From Candidatus Sulfobium sp. (GTDB taxonomy: Bacteria > Nitrospirota > Thermodesulfovibrionia > Thermodesulfovibrionales > UBA6898), in assembly GCA_037380845.1 (NCBI GenBank), contig JARRRI010000052.1:1-30967 (forward strand): a stretch of DNA of 30,967 nt, in the 5' to 3' direction. This document shows, piece after piece, positions 19,253 through 27,422 of the stretch. The notes below the pieces were generated by a model. The model was not told the origin of the DNA, did no database searches, and saw only the letters and a list, made by a program, of their open reading frames with translations. The position numbers and the translations under genes were made by a program. The stretch's first letter is position 1. Every line of letters starts with the position of its first letter.

Positions 19253-20087
19253 AAACCTGGAGAAGTAGTAGTCTTCTGTTCGTATCATTATTTATTGTAT
19301 TGATCTCGCTGACCGCCTTTTATCCTGTTACGGCAGCCGCCCAGGCAAAACCGGCCCTTACAAATGATGACTGTGCAAAGTGCCACCAGGCGCCGCCTGC
19401 CGATCTGGCGGCCGAGGGGGGGAGTGCACCGGCTGCCACATCGGCCATCCGCCGACGGTAAAGAAACCCATTCCGCAATGCAGCGACTGCCATATGGGCA
19501 AAGCGCATTTCGAACTCAAGGGATGTCTGGGCTGTCACAAGAACCCGCATAAGCCGCTGAATATTTCCTTTGCCGGAAATGTAACGGACGCCTGCGTCAC
19601 CTGCCATACTTCGCAAATCAAACAGCTCAGGGACAACAAGAGCAAGCATACCGCACTTGCCTGCTCCTCCTGCCACGACGTGCACGGCAAGAAACCGCAG
19701 TGCACCCAGTGCCACAAGCCGCACTCCCCGGAGATGCCCGTCTCCGAATGTAAAAAATGCCATAAGGCGCATATGCCCAAGGCTGTGACCTACGCCGACG
19801 ACATACCTTCGAAGGACTGCGCCTCCTGCCACACGAAGGCATTCGACCTTCTCCTCTCCGGCAAAACCAAACACAAGTCTTTCGCTTGCGCATTCTGTCA
19901 TCAACAGAAACACAAGATGGTACCCAGCTGCCAGGGCTGCCACGGCTCACCCCATCCTGAGGGCATCATGAGGAAGTTCCCGAAATGCGGCGACTGTCAC
20001 AACATAGCGCACGATCTTAATAACTGGCCGGCGAGCCAGCAGAAGCAACCGCCAAAGAAAAAATCAACCGGGAAAAAGAAGAAATAG
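19249..20087 (+). pseudogene. Periplasmic dodecaheme c-type cytochrome (copy 2), frameshifted at about 19416-19422
   Basis: Signal peptide and CAKCH in one frame (19249-), then 11 more CxxCH in another frame to 20087; ATGA overlap with copy 1. Confidence 0.85.
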
Positions 20088-20106
20088 GCCGGCCTTTATT
20101 AGATAG

Positions 20107-20140
20107 AGAAGGGTCTGTGATAAACAGGCCCTTCTTTCCT
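20107..20140. terminator. Hairpin terminator between the convergent cytochrome and THUMP genes
   Basis: AGAAGGGTCTGT-GATAA-ACAGGCCCTTCT stem followed by a pyrimidine run. Confidence 0.55.
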
Positions 20141-20182
20141 GCCTTCCGTCTTTCCAGTTTGCCCGCTTGTTAGCTTGCGGTC
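20135..20182. repeat. Degenerate 8-nt-period tandem repeat
   Basis: TTTCCTGC CTTCCGTC TTTCCAGT TTGCCCGC TTGTTAGC TTGCGGTC. Confidence 0.6.
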
Positions 20183-20187
20183 CTGTC

Positions 20188-20727
20188 TCAGTCCAGTTTT
20201 ACGAAGGGATACCGCTCCAGGTCCTCGCGCAGCCAGAGCGACAGGCCGGCCCACTGACCGACCGTTTCTATTGCTATGATAGCGTCGGGATTGTGGAAGG
20301 TAATCCTGCCGGGGGACCCTTTTTCCTCCAGGGCATCAAGCAGGAGCCGGTCCAGGAATTGCTCTTCGTCCATGCCGGACATCTTACCCTTAAACCCCCG
20401 GCGCCGCATCCTCACATGAAACGATTTGCCCTCCAGCGCGTCCACCCACTCAATGACCATCTCTATCGCTTTTTTCTCGAACTCCTCCGGCGTCTGGAAA
20501 GTAAAGGTATGAGAAACGGGGATGATCCTGGCAAGGAAGGCGAGGGAGCCGGGGTCTCTGGCCATAATCTCCTTCAGGGATTCGAGCATCCCGGGAACGT
20601 CGTCTGCCTTCAGAAGGAGGACGTTGAAGAATCCGGTCTTCCTGATCGGCCCGAAGACTCCAAGCACGCGGACTGCCTGCTTCAAACCGCGCGCATTCAG
20701 GTTGACCACCGCATTCGCATCTTTCAT
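20188..20727 (-). CDS. Stand-alone THUMP domain protein
   Basis: 179 aa; RIIPV..TF, KSFHVRMRRRG and NPDAIIAIETVG fit the THUMP RNA-binding fold. Extended -10 TGCTATAAT at 20769-20777. Confidence 0.75.
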   Translation of the reverse strand: MKDANAVVNLNARGLKQAVRVLGVFGPIRKTGFFNVLLLKADDVPGMLESLKEIMARDPGSLAFLARIIPVSHTFTFQTPEEFEKKAIEMVIEWVDALEGKSFHVRMRRRGFKGKMSGMDEEQFLDRLLLDALEEKGSPGRITFHNPDAIIAIETVGQWAGLSLWLREDLERYPFVKLD

Positions 20728-20990
20728 GGCAATAATATTTTTTCCTGCAAGGCCTTTCTCTTAGTCAAATTATAGCAGGCTCGCCGGCCGGAGCGACTCC
20801 AGCGGAGGCCCGGGGGACTTGACAGCATGAAAGCTTGTCGGCTTACCGCTTTCTTGCCTTCTGTTCACGCCTCGGGATTTCTGAGGCCCGCCTTTCTGAT
20901 TTAAATCATGGCGCCGCATTGCATTCGGGGATAGAATGTAAGTGAGAAGAAGAGAATTACTCCTGTCCACGATCGAAGGAGGTGACTGCA

Positions 20991-21203
20991 ATGAAAGAAA
21001 AGGACCTTAAGAATGCACTCCTGGAACTCGGCAGAAAAAAGGGCGTAATTAGCTTTGACGAGTTGAACGATACCTTCCCGGCGGATTATTGTCCGCTTGA
21101 TGAAACGGAGCGGTTTCTGGAGCGCCTGGAACTTCTCGGCGTCAGGGTCGTTGAAGACAGGAAACACGTGAAGGTCAGGGCCCGCCACAGGCGGGCCGCC
21201 TGA
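20991..21203 (+). CDS. Stand-alone sigma70 region 1.1 domain protein (70 aa)
   Basis: LLELGRKKGVISFDELNDTFP...LERLELLGVRVVE matches the Sigma70_r1_1 pattern; ATG 20991 after GGAGGTGA. Confidence 0.75.
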   Translation: MKEKDLKNALLELGRKKGVISFDELNDTFPADYCPLDETERFLERLELLGVRVVEDRKHVKVRARHRRAA

Positions 21204-21212
21204 CTCTCAAAG

Positions 21213-21252
21213 TTCGTCGGTTGCGGGGTTGCCGGCTTGTTAGCTTGCGGAC
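21213..21252. repeat. Degenerate 8-nt-period tandem repeat
   Basis: TTCGTCGG TTGCGGGG TTGCCGGC TTGTTAGC TTGCGGAC; shares the exact 16-mer GCTTGTTAGCTTGCGG with 20165-20180. Confidence 0.6.
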
Positions 21253-21267
21253 CGGAGCCAGCCTTCG

Positions 21268-22017
21268 TCACTTCCCGGTCTGCAGCCGGTGCCGGATCTT
21301 CCCCAGGTACTTGTTTACCGGATGGCCTCGTTCGAGGAAAGGGACCACGGGCCTTTTCCTGATCCCGAAGGCCTTTATTTCTGAAAGCAGATCTCCATCT
21401 CTCCGATCGTATTTCAGCCCCTGCTGGAGGGCTTTCAGCGCGGCCTTTTTTCTGTCGCCTTTCAAATAGGCCCTGCCGAGATGAAGATAAAAAAGGGGCA
21501 TGAAGAAGACCGAATCAGTGGACCTCGACCTTTTCAGGATATTTATGGCATTCTCGCACATCATCGTCCCCTCCTTCGGCTTTTTCTCGACAACTGCGAC
21601 CAGATAACCGCAATAAGAAAGGAAAAAAGGGTCCGAGGGGAAGCGTTCCAGGGCAATTCTTGCAACCTTAAGTGCTGCCGCACGATCTCCGCCTTTCAAA
21701 CTCAGCCTTATCTCGTCCGCATAATGGGCCATTGTTTTTTGCGGTCTACCGTTCTCCTTCAGAAAAGATTCCATGGCCGCGTTATGCTGCTCTTCCATCA
21801 TGTTCCACAGTTTCTCCTGAAAGTCCGGGGCCCCGGCCATATGCCCGTAATCTGAGGTCGAGGTTGAGAGGACCTCCCCTTTCAAATATATCCTGGTGAC
21901 AAGCTTGCATTTTCCGGCCAGGTTTTCTGTTCCGCATTCATACGTCTCATCGTCAAGCCTGAATCTGCTCAAAAACTCATCCCGGCGGCCGGAAGATATA
22001 TTTATTTCGGTTTTCAT
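21268..22017 (-). CDS. TPR-repeat hypothetical protein
   Basis: 249 aa; ALERFPSDPFFLSYCG and FYLHLGRAYLKGDRKKAALKALQQGLKYD are TPR-like helices. Promoter TTGACA-17-TATAAA at 22034-22062 (minus strand). Confidence 0.7.
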   Translation of the reverse strand: MKTEINISSGRRDEFLSRFRLDDETYECGTENLAGKCKLVTRIYLKGEVLSTSTSDYGHMAGAPDFQEKLWNMMEEQHNAAMESFLKENGRPQKTMAHYADEIRLSLKGGDRAAALKVARIALERFPSDPFFLSYCGYLVAVVEKKPKEGTMMCENAINILKRSRSTDSVFFMPLFYLHLGRAYLKGDRKKAALKALQQGLKYDRRDGDLLSEIKAFGIRKRPVVPFLERGHPVNKYLGKIRHRLQTGK

Positions 22018-22328
22018 ACAAGTAGACAGCTATTTTATAACCGAAGATTCGACTGATGTCAATGAAAATTGTCTATTTTTTAGTAACCCCCCTTTTTTTC
22101 GCCGTTTTGCCGGCTTCCAGGCTTTCAGCTGAGAGTTTCGAACCGTTCCGGGTGACATTCCGGTTGATTTTTCTGCTTCACTGGAGTTCAGGCCGCTGTC
22201 GGAAAAGGGCGGCCAGGACTCTCCGACATGTTGCCGGCAGCCTTTTTTAGCTGCGCTTGCGGCTTGAAGGCCGGACAGCATGGTTGCTGGCGAGCTTGTC
22301 AGCTTGTTTCCTTCGCTCTTTGCTCTTC

Positions 22329-22853
22329 TCATCTATCACGTTCTTCCCGGTACGCCCTGACTTCCCGTATCTCAAGTCTGAAAGGCCCTTCCTGCCTGTC
22401 GGCGATCATGAAGCCGACCCTCCTGACTCTTGCCGGGTCAAGTCCGGGCGCGTCTCCCACCACGTGGCCGCGGAATACAGGGACGAATTCGTCAAAGGAG
22501 AGGCCGGCATCTGTCCATTCGCCAGGCATGGCAGGCCTGGTGAAAAAAGTGGCCTGGTATGCGATGCCCTCGAATTCATCGTCGGTCTTCAGGCGCAGGC
22601 GGTAGCGCCTGCCGTCGCCCCTGACTCTGACAATCAGGCCGTCGTAGCCTTCCAGCCCGAGTTCTCGCGGAAGGGACCTCACCGATGCGAACCCTCCGAA
22701 GTTTTCGAGCGACACCCCGCCCTGGAAAACTCCTGCGCCGTCGATCACGGACATGTGGCCTTCCGACAGCCCGCCCATGACGACGTCGTTTATGGCCTCC
22801 CACCTTTCCTTTTCCCCGGCGTCATTGAAATCTATGACCGTCTTGTCCATCAT
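22329..22853 (-). CDS. CIA30 (NDUFAF1-like) family protein
   Basis: 174 aa; WEAINDVVMGGLS, GGFASVRS, VRGDGRRY and GPFRLEI motifs. Confidence 0.85.
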   Translation of the reverse strand: MMDKTVIDFNDAGEKERWEAINDVVMGGLSEGHMSVIDGAGVFQGGVSLENFGGFASVRSLPRELGLEGYDGLIVRVRGDGRRYRLRLKTDDEFEGIAYQATFFTRPAMPGEWTDAGLSFDEFVPVFRGHVVGDAPGLDPARVRRVGFMIADRQEGPFRLEIREVRAYREERDR

Positions 22854-22918
22854 TTTTCCTGCACGGCTTCGGCCCTCTTTCCAGAACCTGTTTCAAAAAA
22901 TCGACTTTCAGGAAAATC

Positions 22919-22977
22919 CGTCACCCTCGCGAAGTTTACCCGCCCGACTCACAGCCGGTAAACTTCGCGGAATGACG
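22919..22977. repeat. Palindromic intergenic element (REP-like)
   Basis: Perfect 13-bp stem CGCGAAGTTTACC (22928-22940)/GGTAAACTTCGCG (22957-22969), closed by CGTCA/TGACG. Confidence 0.7.
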
Positions 22978-23020
22978 CAAATGAACTCATAATGTTAAAT
23001 AATCAATTTTGAGATAGATT

Positions 23021-23737
23021 CTAGTTCGTCTTGCCCCCGAAGACTGTCTTAAGGAGGTCCGTTGTGCGGGCCGCCGGGTCCGTCCGGATCTTCTTTTCCT
23101 CCTGACCGACCTTTATAAAGAGACCGTCCAGTGCCTTGTTCGTCACGTAGTGGTCGAGATCGAACGACCGGGAACCCATAAAAGGCAGGGTCTCGTACTT
23201 CCCTATCATGTCCTTGTAGGCTTTGGTCGTTCCGGCCTCGTCCATGCTCGATGAGATGACCGGTTTGAATGCATTGTAGAGACCGTCATGGGTCTTTTCC
23301 CTGAAGTAATCCGTTGCCGAGGTGTCTCCGCCTTCAAGGATCTTTTTCGCGTCGTCGAATGTCAGCCCCCTGATCGCGTCTCCGAATATCGGGGCGGCCC
23401 TGGGCACGGCCTTTTCGGCCGCCCGGTTCATGCTCAGGACAAACTCGTCAACCTGCTTTTGAAATCCGAACCGCCTCAGCACTTCCGCCACATTCCTGAG
23501 TTTTTCCGGCATCAGGATCTTCACCATCTCATTGCCGAAGTACCCGTCGGGTCTGGAGAGGCTCTGGACCGCATTTTGAGCACCGGCAGCGAGCGCCTCC
23601 CTCAGCCCCGCGGCTGTCGTGGCCTCGTTGGCAGAGCTCTTCCGGGCAGGGCCCAACGACCGCAGTATATCTTCGAAGCCCGCATGAACAGTCACTGCCG
23701 CACAGAGCACAAGGATGGACACAAGAAAGGCTCTCAT
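23021..23737 (-). CDS. DUF4197 family exported protein
   Basis: Signal peptide MRAFLV...[27 protein letters not shown] and [22 protein letters not shown] motifs. Alternative start at 23755. Confidence 0.85.
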   Translation of the reverse strand: MRAFLVSILVLCAAVTVHAGFEDILRSLGPARKSSANEATTAAGLREALAAGAQNAVQSLSRPDGYFGNEMVKILMPEKLRNVAEVLRRFGFQKQVDEFVLSMNRAAEKAVPRAAPIFGDAIRGLTFDDAKKILEGGDTSATDYFREKTHDGLYNAFKPVISSSMDEAGTTKAYKDMIGKYETLPFMGSRSFDLDHYVTNKALDGLFIKVGQEEKKIRTDPAARTTDLLKTVFGGKTN

Positions 23738-23756
23738 GTTGTTTTCCCCTTTCATC

Positions 23757-24362
23757 CTATTCTGAAGAGTGTGAAGGGTCTTCCGGCAGTTCCCCGAAGA
23801 CCATGTCGTAGCACGGCTGACAGACCCCGTGACTTATCTGGGGCAGACGGGAGGCCCCGAAGAGGTCGAGGCGCTCCACCGCCTCCTCCGCCTCGACCCA
23901 TTCATCCCCCGACAGGCGGACCTTCTTGCAGAAACTGCACATCGTGACCATCTCTTCGGAATGGGTTCCACAGTCCTCCAAAAGTGCGACTATATCCCTT
24001 TCTTCGATCCTCACGATCCTGCTCCTGAATTCGACGCCGCCACCGTCGAGGGGGTTGACCGTCATTTCCATGAACCTGCGGTAGGCCGGGGAGTCACACC
24101 GGTAGTGGATGATCACCGCCCTCTTCCTGGTGCGGACATTCCCGATTATCACATCATAAAGATGTCTGGTTTCAGGCCCCGCAATGAAGTCCCAGAGGCT
24201 TTTGTCGAGCACGAGAGAGGGATGACAGCTGTCGGCGCCCTCATTCGCTTCGGCAAACGCAAGCCAGTTGTCGCTGATAAATACGATCCTGTCGTTTCGG
24301 TCGATTCTGTACACATAAATGTCGGGGACATCACAAGAATCCATGGTCAACTTTTTCCTCAT
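23757..24362 (-). CDS. PAS-like sensor protein with C-terminal CxxC...SHGxCxxC motif
   Basis: 201 aa; N-terminal YRIDRNDRIVFISDNW..FA PAS-like segment; C-terminal MCSFCKKVR...WV...ISHGVCQPC. Confidence 0.6.
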   Translation of the reverse strand: MRKKLTMDSCDVPDIYVYRIDRNDRIVFISDNWLAFAEANEGADSCHPSLVLDKSLWDFIAGPETRHLYDVIIGNVRTRKRAVIIHYRCDSPAYRRFMEMTVNPLDGGGVEFRSRIVRIEERDIVALLEDCGTHSEEMVTMCSFCKKVRLSGDEWVEAEEAVERLDLFGASRLPQISHGVCQPCYDMVFGELPEDPSHSSE

Positions 24363-24490
24363 GTCATTTTGCCCTGCATGTTTTCATTATGCCATTTTTT
24401 GAGTTCCTTTCCACTTGTCCGGCTTGCAGTCTTCGCTCACTGTCGTTCGTCTCACGTTTCACCATTCAGGGCCTTTGTTATTATATGTCC

Positions 24491-25021
24491 ATGGCTGAAA
24501 AGGAGGGACTGCCCGGGATTTTTTCTATAACCTTCAGCAGGCCGGACAGCCGGACCTTCCGGCTTTCCGCCTTCCAGGTCTTGCCTGTGCCGCGGAAAAA
24601 AGCTTTCAGCTTCTTCGAGGACCCGCGCAACCTCTTCGAGATAACCCCGGACTGGCTCGACTTCAGGATGCTCGACAGATCGAATGCCGAGGTCTTCGAG
24701 GGTGCGGAGTTCGACTACACCATCCGGTGGCTTACCTTAAGGTTCTTATGGCGGTCCAGGATCACGGCCTACCGTCCTCCCGAGTCCTTCACTGACATCC
24801 AGATCAAAGGCCCATACCCCTTCTGGAGCCACCTGCATACCTTCGAGGAACAAGGCGGTTCAACGCAGATGAAGGACGACGTGACCTACCGGCTCCCCTT
24901 CGGACATTCAGGCATTTTCCTCCACCGCCTCATCATACGCCGGCAGCTCACCGATATCTTCCGGTACCGCGCCGTACGCATCGCCCAATGGGCGAAAGGT
25001 GACTTCAGGAGGAAGGGCTGA
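24491..25021 (+). CDS. SRPBCC (START-like) family protein
   Basis: FFEDPRNLFEITP, FTDIQIKGPY..WSHLHTF, MKDDVTYRLPFG and IFRYR motifs. Start at 24491 or 24485. Confidence 0.8.
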   Translation: MAEKEGLPGIFSITFSRPDSRTFRLSAFQVLPVPRKKAFSFFEDPRNLFEITPDWLDFRMLDRSNAEVFEGAEFDYTIRWLTLRFLWRSRITAYRPPESFTDIQIKGPYPFWSHLHTFEEQGGSTQMKDDVTYRLPFGHSGIFLHRLIIRRQLTDIFRYRAVRIAQWAKGDFRRKG

Positions 25022-25210
25022 TTTCGGTGGAGGAGATGGCCCGGCGGACGGGCATTGCAGTCGATAATCTGCTGAAGCTGGAAACCGCTGACTGGTGCCG
25101 TTTCGACGACATCCGGACACTCTGCAGGGAACTCGGCATCGAGGAGCCCCAATACTGTGTAAAACAAAGGTTCGGGGAATAGGGCAGCAGGGACTGGTTT
25201 GAAATTCTCC

Positions 25211-25807
25211 CTACCGGACCTGCTGCCGGGTCACCGACGCGGTAATAACTGGTTGCAGCGAGCAGGTGCCGTTGCCATTTACGACAACCGAGTTCTTTCC
25301 GTCGAAATCGAGGACAAGGTCGGCCGTCATCCCTTCACTCACTATGAACTGGTGGACTATTTTGATACCGTTCCTGTCCTCGGGTCGGGTATCCAGCGGC
25401 AGCTCAACGCCCGCGTCCGGTCCCGAAGCAGGCACCACGGAATTGTTAAGCGGCGACTCCGTGCTGTTGGAGGCCAGGAGAAGCCGGACCTGCTGGTAGT
25501 GGCCCGCTTCGAGCGGCAACTGCCCGAGTTCCCAAAAAAACCCGTCCTGGAGTGATAGCAGGTCCACCCTCACCGGCTCCGTCAGTGTCAGGTCATGCCA
25601 GCCTGCATCCCCGGTTCCCGCGTCGGCACTCGTATGGACCCGCAGGCCCGAGATCGTGACATTGATCTGTGCGAAATCGACAGCCGGGGCGTCGGTTATG
25701 ACCACGCGGAGCGTGCCGCTGTTGACGGCAATGGTGGCGTTGCCGCTGCCACCGCACGACGTCAGGGCCAGGACAAGAAGTCCCAAAAATAATATCCTTT
25801 TCATCAT
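25211..25807 (-). CDS. DUF4382 family lipoprotein
   Basis: Lipobox LTSC; ITDAP, DLLSLQDG, LEAGHYQQVRL and LVLDFD motifs; AAGGAGG SD. Confidence 0.8.
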   Translation of the reverse strand: MMKRILFLGLLVLALTSCGGSGNATIAVNSGTLRVVITDAPAVDFAQINVTISGLRVHTSADAGTGDAGWHDLTLTEPVRVDLLSLQDGFFWELGQLPLEAGHYQQVRLLLASNSTESPLNNSVVPASGPDAGVELPLDTRPEDRNGIKIVHQFIVSEGMTADLVLDFDGKNSVVVNGNGTCSLQPVITASVTRQQVR

Positions 25808-25823
25808 TAATTTCCTCCTTTAG

Positions 25824-27251
25824 TCAGTCCCAGTCGAGGAGTCTCTTTTCGCCTTCCAGCCCCCTGATGGACGTCACGTCCTGGCTCACCTCGATCGTGC
25901 CCCGGTAGGCGCCTCCGCTGTCCCGGACGGCGAAGTAACGTATATGGATGAACTTCCCCTTCATCTGTATCCAGAACTCGGCGCTGTCCCTGTTGCCGGA
26001 CTTGAACTCCCCGACGATCTTCTCCACCACATGGACGCTCTTGGGGGGATGGCAGTTCTGCACGCTCCTTCCGATAATGCCCGGACTCCTGGGGAAAATC
26101 CTGTCCTCGGTCTGGGAGTAATAGGCGACCTTGTCGTTTTCGTCCACGAAAGATATGTCCACCGGCAGGTGCGTAAGGATGAGGTTAATCTGTTCTGCGG
26201 TGAGCATACCCGTGTCGAGACTCACGCTGCCTACCTTCTCGGGGGGGAGCCTCTCCTGGTATGCCTCGCCCGAGGGCTTCCATTCCTCCGCAGGCCGGAC
26301 CCACGCGTAGCCTATCTCTTCTTCACCCTCTCTCACCTTCGCCCAGTCGCTCTCCCCCAGTGTCTCAAGGGACATCGGAAAGAGGATATGCTCCTCCTTG
26401 TAGATCATGTCGTTTATCATATGGAGGAGCGCCTGGATCTCCTTCGGCGCAGACATGCCTTCCTTTACTTTCGCCGTGACCTCCTTCAGCATTTCCCGGA
26501 TGTCGTCGTGGAGGGCCCACATGACCTTCGAGGGACCGGACACTCCGTGGGCCTCAAGGATCGGGAAAAGCTGGTTTTCCTTCCTGACGTAGTGAAGGTC
26601 TATTTTAGAAAGGTCCTCCAGCATTTTTACCAGCTGAGACCTTTCCTTGTCGATGTCGTGCACCGCCTGGATCTGCCTTATGATCGATTCGGCCTTCCTG
26701 TTTTCGAGCATCAGGGTATGCACGGGGTGGCCCGCCGGCAGGCCCGGCACAATCTTATCTTCCAGCGATTCCCTGAAAACCTCCACATGCACGTCACAAA
26801 GCCTCTTGACCTCTTCCTCGGGCATCCCCTCGCTGATAAGCCTCTGCTCCATGTTGGCGATCTCGGAGGGGGCCACATCCCTGATAAGGTCGAGAAACCT
26901 CTTTTTGAGTACCTTGATGTCTGCACCTTTGTGCAGGTCCCTGATGATCTCCTTGAGCGCCTCTATCCTCTGCTCCGGTTCGGTAATCACTCCCACTTCT
27001 TCAGCCTCGCCGACGCCTACGTCCTCACCGGTCCGCCTCCTGATCTCTCCTGCGATCTCATCCCAAAGCTTCTTCAGGTCGATACCCCCGACCATGGCCA
27101 CCTTGCTCAGAGTGGCCACTTTTCCGAGCGTCTTCCTGAGGAGCGGATTGTCCAGGGCCTTGAAATGAGGGTCCAGCTGCACCAAAAATTCCTTGATAAA
27201 GGGATACCTGGAGAGAAGCTCGTCTATTTTGGTCTTCGGTCCGATTTGCAT
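25824..27251 (-). CDS. DUF438 protein (DUF1858 + DUF438 + hemerythrin-like + PAS_10)
   Basis: 475 aa; LCDVH, GHPVHTL, HYVRKENQLFP, VMWALHDDIR, KEEHILFP and VQNCHPPKS motifs; AAGGAG SD. Confidence 0.85.
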   Translation of the reverse strand: MQIGPKTKIDELLSRYPFIKEFLVQLDPHFKALDNPLLRKTLGKVATLSKVAMVGGIDLKKLWDEIAGEIRRRTGEDVGVGEAEEVGVITEPEQRIEALKEIIRDLHKGADIKVLKKRFLDLIRDVAPSEIANMEQRLISEGMPEEEVKRLCDVHVEVFRESLEDKIVPGLPAGHPVHTLMLENRKAESIIRQIQAVHDIDKERSQLVKMLEDLSKIDLHYVRKENQLFPILEAHGVSGPSKVMWALHDDIREMLKEVTAKVKEGMSAPKEIQALLHMINDMIYKEEHILFPMSLETLGESDWAKVREGEEEIGYAWVRPAEEWKPSGEAYQERLPPEKVGSVSLDTGMLTAEQINLILTHLPVDISFVDENDKVAYYSQTEDRIFPRSPGIIGRSVQNCHPPKSVHVVEKIVGEFKSGNRDSAEFWIQMKGKFIHIRYFAVRDSGGAYRGTIEVSQDVTSIRGLEGEKRLLDWD

Positions 27252-27422
27252 ATATAAATCTCCTTTCAGACATAAAGAAAAAAACTTGCGTTCTTAATTC
27301 CAATTATATAAGGCAAAAGACAAAATGCATATGACGTGGCGAATAATCGTGAGTCGTGAGTCCCGACTGCTCAACTATCCTGATTGCCCAACTTCTTGCC
27401 TCGTGCAGGGTATAATTCAGAT

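Noticed and set aside
20909..20923. TGGCGCCGCATTGCA as a sigma54 promoter for the region 1.1 gene
   Set aside because: GG-to-GC spacing is 9 nt rather than the required 10.
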